Assembly: GCA_963514005.1 (NCBI GenBank)
Contig: OY740809.1
Coordinates: 25,854,001-25,918,000, forward strand
Direction of reading: 5' to 3'
From: Raja brachyura
Taxonomy: Eukaryota
Length of the DNA: 64,000 nucleotides
The position numbers and the translations under genes are program-made. Of the stretch, positions 41,121 to 52,215 are shown in pieces. The notes under the pieces are model-generated. The model was given only the letters and a program-made list of their open reading frames with translations. It had not been told where the DNA came from and ran no database searches. Position 1 is the first letter of the stretch. Every line of letters starts with the position of its first letter.

Positions 41121-42727
41121 TAGGCAGGGCCGGCCTTAGGAGGTGCGGGGCCCAATTGGGAACAATTTTCATAGAAATATAAATAAATAATTATAAATGA
41201 GTCACGTGTCGTGAGTAATATGACAGTCAGTCAGATTTAGAAAAATCTTAAACTGCGTATGCGCATATTGTTCTCTCCTTTAAAATAAAATCAAAAATGA
41301 ATAAAGTAACAATTCAATTTGCCCAAGGATTTCCAAATCACCTTCTTTCTGAATTACTGAATGGGTGGGGGGTGGAGGGTGACGGCAGGTGAAGAGATGT
41401 TGGGAAAAACGGGAGCACACCAGCACAACATGAATCAGGTGTCATCTTATTGAATGACAAAACTAGTTGAAGGGACCAATTGGTGGGAGAGTTCCTTTCA
41501 CTGGACAGCGGAACCGACTGCCATTTCAGCGCCATCTGCCTGCCCGCTCACCTCTGGCAGTGCTCTTCGTCTGAACAGTGAGGGGACCAGCTCAAGAGCA
41601 AAGATCATAGAGCCGAGTGGGTCAGCGGGTGAAGGATAACATCACAGCGGGCAATGGAGCTTACTTGAACAAAGGATCAATTGAGGTTACTCGCCCTGAC
41701 ATATGGAGTAAGCTCCAGCACCCGCTGTCCTGTTATCCATCGCCCGCTGACCCACTCTTGAGCTGGAGCTGGCATGATCCCCGACCGCCTCCTTGTCAAT
41801 GCTTCTGCCCTCCCTGCAGCTTTACCCCTGGACAGACTACCCACACGCTGTGAAAGGAACTCTCCCCTCCCCTCCCCCACCCCACCCCCCCCCCTCCCTT
41901 TTACAGCCACTTCCCACTTTACAGCCGCTTCCCATCAGCTGCTAGCAATGAGGGATAGACTTGGCTATCGTTCTTGATGTTGCTGTACTGAGGGATAACG
42001 AAGTCTATCTTTCTCGGCTAACAACCTAACCTTCGGCCTCCAAGATTCAGGTACATTTTCTAGCAATGTTACAAAATTTTGAGATTTAAAAAAATCAAGT
42101 CTGCAATTTATCCCATCAGATAAAGCATAAAAAGAAGTTTAATTTGACACCTAATTCACTTTCATATCTTCAGAATTAAAAAGGTTATGGCCATTTTCAT
42201 ACTAAGAAATTAGCATCTTGTTCCCTATTGCTATTCCCTATTTTCATACTCGGAAATTAGCATCGTGTTCCCTATTGCCGGGAAAGCAATAGGGAAGGAG
42301 ACGCTAATTTCCGAATATGAAAATGGTGTGATCGAGGACAGTCAAAAGCCCACAACTTTCTTAAAAATTAAGAGAACTCAATGAAATTTTCAGTTATTAT
42401 AGATTGAAACATTCTGAAACAAATATACATCTTACTTGGATGACCTGAAATTAAAGCATATAATTAGTTAACTACCTAATTGTAGCTAATTACAAAATTG
42501 ACCATTGTAACGGAAATAGTAATAAACACCCAGACTGCCTTGAAAATTAAAAAATATGATATTCTCAAGATCAGAACTTTAATATTATTGTATTATATGC
42601 TGTAAGTCCATAACAGATAGGTAAATATATTACAATTTCTAACAATAGACCAGGTCTTTATGGAGAAGATCAGTTGCTAACTGGAACATTGGCATTCCAT
42701 AATCAGTAGCATCATCATACTCCTCAG

Positions 42728-42766
42728 ATTGAATTGAATTGAATTGAATTGAATTGAATTGAATTG
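42728..42766. repeat. (GAATT)n microsatellite, probably a LINE tail
   Basis: About 7 tandem pentamers followed by CCTTTATTG. Confidence 0.8.
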
Positions 42767-43625
42767 CCTTTATTGTAAGCAATAAACAACACCTTTTTTT
42801 CCTCTCTTTTCAATTTTGGCATTGTAAACTGCAAGTGTTTGCTCTTCAAACCACGCATGGAATGCCTTTCTGACCACTACTTTCCCATTAAGAATGTCCT
42901 GTAGATTCCATTTCTTAAGAAAAGGATTATTTTTAAAAATAGCCTAAGTATCCAAATAACAAACTAATCCCATTCACACAAGAATTAAATCTCACTGTCA
43001 TGAATTCATATGTCAGATCAATGATGGAAATGGGTTTTAGAAACTAGGGGTATGTGAAGGTCCGTGGGGCTGAGTTTGGGAAGGAAGGGGGTGGGGGGTG
43101 GGGGGTGGGGGGGTAAAAGCTATAAGGCCCCCATGAGAAATTTTATCTGACTCTGAAATTGAAGATAGACAAACGCTGGAGTAGCTCAGCAGGACGGGCA
43201 GCACAGCGACTCTGGAGAGAAGACCCCTATTTAGACTGAACTGAACTCTCGTTGGTGAGAGTACTTGTGATTGTCTGAAGAAGGGTCTCAACCAGAAATG
43301 CAACCCTCTACCCAGAGCCCCTGCCCGTCCCGCTGAGCCACCACAGACAGGGAGTTGAAGGTAGACACAGGGGGGTCCACCTTCAACTTCAGAGCCAAAC
43401 AAAAAACACAGAGTGCTGGAGGAACTCAGCGGGCAAGGCAGCATCTGCGGAGGGAACATATCACTTATCAGGAGCCGCCACGGGCCAGGACTCCCCCCTC
43501 CTCCCCCCCCCTCCCCCAACAAAAAGGAACCCCAGATGCAGCCGTCACCACAAAACGTCTAAGGACCTGCAGATGCTGGAAAATCGAAGGTGGACAAAAA
43601 TGCTGGAGAAACTCAGCGGGTGTGA

Positions 43626-44270
43626 AGCCCTGGCCCACTGTGCAAGTTCACCCAAGAGCTTGTATTAAGCACGTAGAATGAACGTAGCGGGTACATCAGA
43701 GCTCGGGACGTTTCTTAGTACGTACTCAGCAGGTACTCGGGAAATGTGGTAACTCATGAAGGTTTTTCAACATGTTGAAAAATGTCCACAAGTAAAATAT
43801 ACTCGGGATTTAAAAATTTGATACTTTTTAGCCTAGTCATACCGTAGTAGCTCGCGAGTTTACCGTAGTAGGACCTGGTGTCCTATATCACTGTTGTATG
43901 TTCATGATGGAAATAAGAATACTCAGTATATTTATTACCTTTGAATTGTAGTTTTATGTAATCCTCACATAATTTCTGAGTTCCATTTCACAATATTTAT
44001 CAGACATACAGAATGTTGCAATGTAATATTTTGCCCAATCTCAATTGTATCTTTCTATCTCAATAAATATCACAAAATATGCCATTGTTTCAGCCACATT
44101 ATGACAAAATATAGAATACAGGTTATTTGTTATCAGTCACCCCATCCCAGAAACAACAGTACTTAAAGAAGAACATTTGTTTTACTAATTTACAATGGCG
44201 ACTGAGATGCTACACAGAGATTTTAAACTCGAGAGAGCTCTTGGGTGAACTCGCACAGTGGGGCAGGGTT
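43626..44270. mobile_element. Harbinger-type MITE with TGA TSD, nested in a Penelope-derived module
   Basis: TIRs AGCCCTGGCCCACTGTGC / GCACAGTGGGGCAGGGTT; TGA on both sides; internal similarity to 49761-50059. Confidence 0.8.
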
Positions 44271-45379
44271 TGAGGCAGCATCTATGGAGCGAAGGAAATA
44301 GCCAATGTTTCGGGTCTGAAGAAGGGTTTCGACCCGAAACGCTGCATATTTCCTTCGCTCCATAGATGCTGCCTCACCCGCTGAGTTTCTCCAGCATTTT
44401 TGTCTACCTATGCCGATTAGCGATCACCCATACACACTAGTTCCATGTTATCTCACTTTCCTACTCCTGCACATTCGTGGCAATTTTTACATGGGCCAAT
44501 CACCCTACATACCTGCACGTCTTTGGGATGTGGGAAGAAACTGGAGCATCCAGAGGAAACCCAGGTAATTACAGTGAGAACATGCAAACTCCACACAGGC
44601 AGCATCCGAGGTCAGGATCAAATCCAGATACTGTGCTAGTTGTGTAATATACTGAGTTTATCAAGCATTGTATTTTACACTTAACAAGCAACATTTGAGA
44701 ATTAGTTCACAACTCTCGTTCCAGTCTTCAACGAAGTGCAGTGACCTGTGTGAAACTTTCCTTATCACTCAATCCTATAACAAAGACCACTCAGGACGTA
44801 GGATGTAGGATTAAAAACTGCTCTAATTAAATTCTATATCTGGTCTTTAACAGCCCCCCAGATTTTATTGGTTGATAATGCCAACGTTTGGAGAGCACGT
44901 CGATCAGTATCCCACCACAACTTGGTCATCACTTACCATAATCTCCATTACATAAATCATTCGTTCTCCAGATATCATGGACAGTGCTGATGTCTCCACC
45001 AGATATCTTGGGTTTGGTCTTACAGGTCGTAAATCTTTCATCATAGTTGGTCCCTCAAGATGGAGAACCACTCAGTTGAACTCCAGCCCGTTGGCTCAGA
45101 GATGATTGACAAGGCCAATGTGCAACCTGCAGTCTCTGCCTTAGGTAGAACAGGAGGCGGTAGATGGGGTAGGTGAATGAGTACTTCATTGTACATTCAC
45201 TCATTTGTGGATCAATAGTGGGGATACTAACCTGCGAGAGGACACTGACATTGGTTTGCTTATCATCCCAGTGGATTTGAGGAGCAATGTTAAGGTCATC
45301 TTTCAAGTGCCTTGAAATGCCACTTAATTAATTACCACTTAATTAATGCCATTGCACAATACTGCCCTCCACCAAAAAA

Positions 45380-45590
45380 GTTATCCTACACATACTAGAG
45401 ACAATATTTACATTTACCAAGCCAATTTACCGACAAACCTGTACATCTTTGGAGTGTGGGAGGAAACCGAAGATCTCAGAGAAAACCTACGCGGTCGCGG
45501 GGAGAACATACATACTCTGTACAGACAGCCTCCGTAGTCAGGATCGAACGCAGGTCTCCGGCTCTTCAAGCGCCGTAAGGCAACAACTAT
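45380..45590 (-). mobile_element. HE1-like V-SINE (partial)
   Basis: V-domain and B-box. Confidence 0.75.
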
Positions 45591-46002
45591 AACATGTGCT
45601 GCCTTTTATATTTTACATTTATACCAAGCTAACTCCTTAATATTAACGCTATCCCAGCTTCTTTTGCAGTTTGCATATGTTTTCAAAAAGTTAAATGTCC
45701 TGGAATATTTCATTCCAAAACTTGTCAGATTGTATCCATTTATTTCTATCCGTGTCATTAATTCACCTACTCTGCCACATACGTTCCGATAAAGGACTTG
45801 TCTTTATACCTTCTTTCCAAGCTCACACTTTAATTAGATGTAATTATGTTTGTGTGAACTTCCCTGCTTAATTGATCCTGGTTATCAATAGACATTTTTC
45901 AATATTACCCTAATGCTTAACCTTTCCCATTCACTTTCTAAAAACCCCACCAGAACAATCCACTTCCACAACTGTTTAGCTTAAACCTTATCTACATCTC
46001 AA

Positions 46003-46312
46003 GTTTAGTTTTTTTTAGTTTAGTTTAGAGATTCATTGTGGAAACAGGCCCTTCGGCCCACCGAGTCCGCACCGACCTGCGATCCCCGCACATTAATACT
46101 ACCCTACACACACTAGGAACAATTTAATATTTATACCAACTCACTAATCTACCAACCTCTACGTCTTTGGAGTGTGGGAGGAAACCAAAGATCTCGAAGA
46201 AAACCCATGGGGAGGATGTACAAACTCTGTACAGACAAGCACCCATAGCCAGGATCAAACCCGGGTCCCTGACGCTGTAAGGCAGTAGCTCTACCACTAT
46301 GCCACTGTGTCA
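46003..46312 (-). mobile_element. HE1-like V-SINE
   Basis: Same consensus. Confidence 0.85.
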
Positions 46313-46369
46313 CCCCAAGTTATTCGATTCATTTTGATTCGAGTTCAGTCCCATTCAAGCCCCAATAGG

Positions 46370-47037
46370 ATCCCACTACTGGCCACATCTTCCCGTCCCC
46401 ACCCCTTTCTGCTTTCCACAGACCATTCCCTCCGCAACTCCCTTACCACCCAAACCACCCCCTACCCAGGGTACTTTCTCCTGCAACCATAGGAGATGCA
46501 ACACCTGTCCCTTTACCTCCCCCCTCGACTCCAAGCAAAGACCCCAACAGTCTTTCCAGGGGCGAGGCAGAGGTCCACTTGCACCTCCTCCACCCTCACC
46601 TACTGTATCCGCTGTTCCACGTGTCAACTCCTGTATATCAGCGAGACCAAGCACAGGCTCGGCGATCGTTTCGCTGAACACCTCCGCTCAGTCCGCCTTA
46701 ACCTATCTGATCTGTCCTGGGCCTCCTCCATTGTCAGAGTGAGGTCCAGCACAAATTGGAGGAACAGCACCTCATATTTTGCTTGGGTAGCTTACACTCC
46801 AGCGGTATGAACATTGACTTCTCTAACTTCAAATAGCCCTTGCTTTCCCTCTCTCCCTATCCTCTCCCCCTTCTCAGTTCTCCCACCAGTCTTACTGTCT
46901 CCGACTACATTCTATCTCTGTCCCGCCCACTCCCCTGGCATCAGTCTAAAGAAGGGTCTCGACCCTAAACGCCACCCATTCCTTCTCTCCAGAGATTCTG
47001 CCTGTCCCACTGAGTTACTCCAGCATTTTGTATCTAC
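46370..47037 (+). mobile_element. Penelope-like element 3' fragment (GIY-YIG plus terminal module)
   Basis: TCTSSTLTYCIRCSTCQLLYISETKHRLGDRFAEHLRSV; colinear with the copy at 8523-9160. Confidence 0.85.
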
Positions 47038-47547
47038 CTCCCATTCTAATGAAGCTCATCCTCCCATTTGGTACAACGTACAAAACTTCTAAAGCCCCAA
47101 TTCCCAAAATTTCTAGATTTTTCCTCTTGTTTGTCCAGCATTCAAGTAAGTAATAATTCTAAAGTATATATATTTGTCTTGAAGAGCATGGCAGACATGT
47201 GCTTCTGACCCCAGCCAACGTTTCAGATGTCACAGCAGTTAACTAATTGAATAACTTCTCAGACTTTGACAGTTCCAGTATCTCATGAGTGGCAACGTTT
47301 TGACTGCATGAGAATAGAAAGCAGCCTCTTTTGTTCTCACCATAATTTATTTACATATTCCTCTGTAAAGCAATCCATCATCAGAGATACGCCTAGAGAA
47401 ATGTGATGACCAGTTGCGTGACCTGAATGTGCCAATTGGAGGCTCTTCCTTTTGTGTGTAAGCTATGCAATGAGCTCTTATGTCAGATGATATGTTTAGA
47501 TTGTCGGCTACATGTGAAATGTAACATCTGGTCCTTATCGTGGAGCC

Positions 47548-47843
47548 TAGTTTAGTTTAGAGATGCAGCGTGGAAACGCTGGCCCTGCAGCCCATTGAGT
47601 GCACGGTCCCCCTAAAATAGCACTATCCTACACACTAGGGACAATTTACAATTTTACAAAAGCCAATTAACCTACAAACCTGCACGTTCTTGGAGTGTGG
47701 GAGAAAACCAGAGGACCCGGGGAAAACCCACACAGGCACTGGGAGAACCTACAAACTCGGTTCAGACAGCAGCCGTGGTCAGGATCGAACCCGGGTCCCT
47801 GGCGCTGTAAGGCAGCAACTCTACCGCTGTGCCACAGTGCCAC
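47548..47843 (-). mobile_element. HE1-like V-SINE
   Basis: Same consensus. Confidence 0.85.
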
Positions 47844-48624
47844 CCAAGCCTCACGTCATATGGCTTTACATTTCTACCTCCCAGGTTCTGCAGTGTTCTT
47901 CAATTTTGGGTGGTGCACTTATCTGCACAGACTTGCACCTTCAGTAAAACAAAGAGAAACAGCTTTCTAAAATGGGAAAAGCTCAAGGGTGTGAAGGCAG
48001 CTGATGTTTACATGATAAATTAGAATCCACGGGTGGCTTTCCAGGTGAATAAAACCCAATGAAAACCCTGTGTGGGCAAATGTAATAACCAGCCATGCCA
48101 CATAGATAACAAACTCTCCTTTAATATTAAACTACTCACTGTCAAAATTGGTCCTGGAAATAGGCACCCACCAATGAACACAAAGTGAAACATTATTATT
48201 GTGGCAATTGCACATTCTTAACTTCTGAAGGATATCTTGGACTAGGTATACGGGTGTACCTTTGTAAAGTGGAAGAGTGAGGATAAACTGCATATCTTAG
48301 CACAAAAAACAAGACAGAATAATAAATCCACACTCAACAGATATCAATTTAATGAGCAATGCCTTAGCAACCGAGACGTTCTCACGATCCTACATCCAGC
48401 CAAAGGACTTATTGTCTGTTAGCTATCTAACATCCCGATGTGTCTTTTTATTCATTTATTATGACATTGGCTCTTATTGGCAAGTCCAGCATTTATTGTT
48501 TGTCTATGATAACCCTTGATTACAGGTCGCAGGCCTTGAACTGTAGCTATCTTTACTGTCAAGCTATCTCTGGATTTGTGTTAAAAAGAAAATTTCATGA
48601 TTGCAACCCAGCAACAGTCATATA

Positions 48625-49400
48625 ATTGCAATTATAGTTCTACGTATGTTAGCAAACACTCTACCGAACGTCCTCAGGTGTATGTGGAGAGCATAAGGAT
48701 TAGATGCTTCATGCACTGATCCGGTAACTGAAACGCTCAATAACAAAGGAGGCTGCAGAAAGTGGTGGGCTTTTCCTGCTTCATCACAGGTGATGACCTC
48801 CCCACCATCAAAGGGATTTACAGGAAGCTCGGCCTCACGAAGGTGGCTATTATCATCAAAGACCCACATCACCCCAGCCACGCTCTCGTCTTACTGCTAC
48901 CATCAGGAAGAAGGTACAGGAGCCTGAGAACCATTAACTCCAGGAACAAGATCAACTTCTTCCCATCAACTCTCAGGCTCTTAAGTCACACTGCACAACC
49001 TTGACCACAACCCTACCTCAATGACAAACTACTATGAACTTCTTATAGGTAGACAAAAATGCTGGAGATACACAGCGGATGAGGCAGCATCTATGGAGAG
49101 AAGGAATAGACGACGTTTCGGGTCGAGACCCTGAAGGGGTCCGCTGGGTTTCTCCAGCATTTTTGTCTATCTTCAATTTCTCCAGCATCTGCAGTTCTTT
49201 CTCAAACATGGACTTCTTATAGGTTGCATATTGCTCTACATACTGCACCATTATGGTCTTGTGATCTAGTATAACTGATAGTGTATATTATTATTGTTTA
49301 GTGTGTGTTTATTTGTTGTGCTGTTGCATTATTGTACCTGTAAAGCTGCAACAAGTAAGAATTTAATTGTTCCATTCCTGGTGTATTTGACAATTAAGTA
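48625..49400 (+). mobile_element. Decayed Rex1/Babar LINE 3' fragment
   Basis: IIKDPHHPSHAL..LLPSGRRYRSLRT..FFPST. Confidence 0.75.
49051..49207. mobile_element. Fold-back Penelope-derived module with 17 bp TSD
   Basis: ATG(A/G)ACTTCTTATAGGT at 49034-49050 and 49208-49224. Confidence 0.8.
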
Positions 49401-49760
49401 TTCTGGACTCTTGAAGTCCAGATATCAGTGTAGCCTGGATATAATGTCCAGACAGTGTTGCCATACGCCTGCTGCCTTTGTTCTTTGGTAAAAGTTGTGA
49501 TTGTTAAGGATTGGTGATCAGACTCTTTCTTGATGAAGTTGGTTATATCTTTTAATCTGTATGGCAGAAATGCTGCTTGCCACTTATCAGGCGACATGTG
49601 TCCAAGTCTTGGTATATTTAGGGCAAAAAAGAATAGACGACTTGATTATCTGAGGAGCTTTTCCACCATGATTCCCATTGATTTCAATGCTGCCACACTG
49701 TCAAAAAGAGTCATACTCACTTTGCCCATGGAATCCAGCTCTCTATTCATTTTGGTCTAA

Positions 49761-50059
49761 AGGCCCTGTCCCATGATGCGAGTTTACCCAAGAGCTCTCC
49801 CGAGTTTAAAAAAAAATCAAACTCGTGGTAAGTGCGTAGAATGTACGTAGCGGGTATGTCAGAGCTCATGGATGTCTCGTAGCAGCTCGTAATGCTAAGG
49901 GCAGGTACTCGGGAAATACGGAAACTTGAGAAATTTTTTTCAACAGTGTGAAGAATTTCCAAGAGTAAAAAAATACTCGTAATGAAGTTCCACGAGTTTG
50001 ATTTTTTTTTTAAAACTCGAGAGAACTCTTGGGTAAACTCACATCGTGGGACAGGGGCT
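49761..50059. mobile_element. PIF/Harbinger-type MITE with TAA TSD
   Basis: About 68 bp TIRs (AGGCCCTGTCCCA... / ...TGGGACAGGGGCT); TAA at 49758-60 and 50060-62. Confidence 0.85.
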
Positions 50060-50735
50060 TAAGCCTACAATGAGTTCTAGTCCAAGACCAAATTGAGCAA
50101 TCTGTGAACAAACTAAAGACATGAGATAAGTACATCAGACTGGGAGGCAGACTCATTTACACTTTCCATCATTTTGTTGACAAATAATAAGCTGTGATTG
50201 CCAGCTTTATCATGTCAATTGTGGGCTAGATATGTCTGAACTATTGGAATATTGCCATTGTTCAGCATGAAAATCCGAAGGAGTCCTAAAAATGTATGAC
50301 TCAAGCACACGCCTTTTATCTGTAATTATCTAATTGGAGGCAACTTTAAAATGAATGCATTTTATTGCAAAATTGCTTCCTAGCCAGGAGTGAAACAAAG
50401 CAGAGAGTTAAAGATGAAATAGCGAAATAGGAAACAGAGCAAAAAACAGGTAGAGGCCATCTTTAAAGGCAATCTATCCAAATGTACTCTGTGTCCACAA
50501 GAAAATAAATGAATTAATGAATAGCAAAAATTGTCGCAAATCGATGGCTCCAAAATGTTATATTAATAGATATTTAAACGGACCATTTTAATTTGTTTTC
50601 TGTACACGTATATTTTTAAACAATGCTAGATTTTACCAAATAAAACTGGAGACTTAAAAATCTTGAACAAAAAGTCTTCATTCACAATACACTACAAACG
50701 ATAAACTCTGTAGCTCAGAGAAACCATTCACATTT

Positions 50736-50843
50736 AATAGTAAGATTAAACGAGAACTTACCAGTTTGAAGTTTGATCTTTATTTTATGAGGTGTCACGA
50801 TGAGGGATTACGTGAAGACCCCGCCAGCACGCATGCGCGACAT
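50736..50843 (-). repeat. DIRS 3' ITR with right extension (rE)
   Basis: 35 nt core shared (inverted) with the 5' ITR; 50736-50814 is the exact reverse complement of 50962-51040. Confidence 0.92.
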
Positions 50844-50961
50844 TCTTCAAAGCAGTGGTGTGAAATCACAGAACAAACAGTCACAATGACTGACATAGTA
50901 AGAGAAAAAAGAGAACTTTCATACCAGGTGATCTTTATAATAGAGGGTCGGGAGCGGAGGG

Positions 50962-51074
50962 CACGTAATCCCTCATCGTGACACCTCATAAAATAAAGAT
51001 CAAACTTCAAACTGGTAAGTTCTCGTTTAATCTTACTATTTTACTTCGGAGTCACGTGAGTGACTACGTGAAGA
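50962..51074. repeat. DIRS internal complementary region (ICR), spelling the circle junction
   Basis: A 79 bp match to the 3' end and a 37 bp match to the 5' end, overlapping at ATT (51038-51040). Confidence 0.92.
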
Positions 51075-51231
51075 TTTCAAAGCTCTGTGATTTCATGCCC
51101 TGGAAGCTCCATGCTCACACACCGCTAAAGCTGGGATAAGAGGATGGACGTGATTCAGACAAGACACTGGCTGAAAAACAAAACAGGTATTTATTCATAC
51201 CAAACACAATATTGTGTCCCATAAGGGTTAT

Positions 51232-52215
51232 TTATCTGGCAGCACTTAAAATCCTCCCTGCATAATTGTCAGGGGAGGTCACGGGTTTGTTATAAAAGCG
51301 GTGGAAGGTTTTCTCATTGTTCCAACCCGCTGTGGCCAGGATGTGATCCAATGGTACCTCCATCCTTCTAGCCGCCGAGGTGGATGCTGCCCTGGTGGAG
51401 TGAGATTTGTACACATTAGTATCCACCCCCGCCGCATCCAGTACCACCCTTAACCATCTGGAAATGGTTTGCACCGTGACCCTGTGATGAGGCTTCTTGT
51501 GACTGACAAGCAAAGCTGTTTCCGTGCCCCTTAGATCTTTAGTGACTGAAATGTATCGCAGAATCAATGTAACGATACAAAGACAGGTGTCCGCTGGGTA
51601 AGCCAGGAACTCCAAAGTATGTCCAGACACTCCGGGTCGATCTTGCTTCAATAGTCCCTGCACCTGGAATGTGATTTTCCCACTGGTAATTGCCATGGCA
51701 TCCAGACTGAGTTTGTGCAGGGACTGGACCCGTTGCGCCGTGATCAGTGCCATTATCATGACCATTTTGTAGGTTAATTTGGCCAAAGGGAGTCCCGTGT
51801 TCGGTGTCCATCCTCGCAGCATCGTCAATACCGTGCTGATGTCCCAGGTATGGCTATATCTGGGCCTGGGGGGATTAGAATTAAATATTCCCCTCATAAA
51901 TTTGGATACTAGGGGATGTGACCCAATTCCCAATTGGTCACTCCCCTTGCCCAAGTAAGACGATAGGGCACTCCTGGCACAGTTAATGGCGCTGTAGCTT
52001 AGACCCTCATCATAATGAAGGGTAGCCAGAAATTCCAGCACTTCCGTGATGGTGGCGGTTTCGTATGTTGTTTTAGTAGTCACGCAGAATCCTTCCCATT
52101 TCCTGATGTAGGTCAGGTACTGCTTCCTTGTGGACTCTCTGCAGGCTCCCGTGATGGTATCAATGGTCCTGTTGGAGAGTCCGAATCCATGAAGTGGCCG
52201 TTTTAAAATCTGCAA
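51232..52215 (-). CDS. DIRS ORF3, tyrosine recombinase (true start uncertain; no ATG until residue 107)
   Basis: Catalytic set: R (AQRVQSL), HxxR (HSTRAAS), W (AGW) and Y (TFHRFY); N-terminal helical core-binding region. Confidence 0.93.
   Translation of the reverse strand: MQILKRPLHGFGLSNRTIDTITGACRESTRKQYLTYIRKWEGFCVTTKTTYETATITEVLEFLATLHYDEGLSYSAINCARSALSSYLGKGSDQLGIGSHPLVSKFMRGIFNSNPPRPRYSHTWDISTVLTMLRGWTPNTGLPLAKLTYKMVMIMALITAQRVQSLHKLSLDAMAITSGKITFQVQGLLKQDRPGVSGHTLEFLAYPADTCLCIVTLILRYISVTKDLRGTETALLVSHKKPHHRVTVQTISRWLRVVLDAAGVDTNVYKSHSTRAASTSAARRMEVPLDHILATAGWNNEKTFHRFYNKPVTSPDNYAGRILSAAR

Noticed and set aside
43037-43681. 161 aa and 108 aa ORFs
   Set aside because: Composed of Penelope-module and poly-G sequence; recurring peptides such as LKKGLDPKR and WSNSAGQAAS are translations of the repeat
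50766-51010. Two ORFs on opposite strands with identical N-termini (MKFDLYFMRCHDEGLR)
   Set aside because: Artefact of the 79 bp rE/ICR inverted repeat
51232-52215. Phage integrase or bacterial contamination
   Set aside because: The recombinase is embedded in a canonical DIRS structure flanked by host SINEs and LINEs
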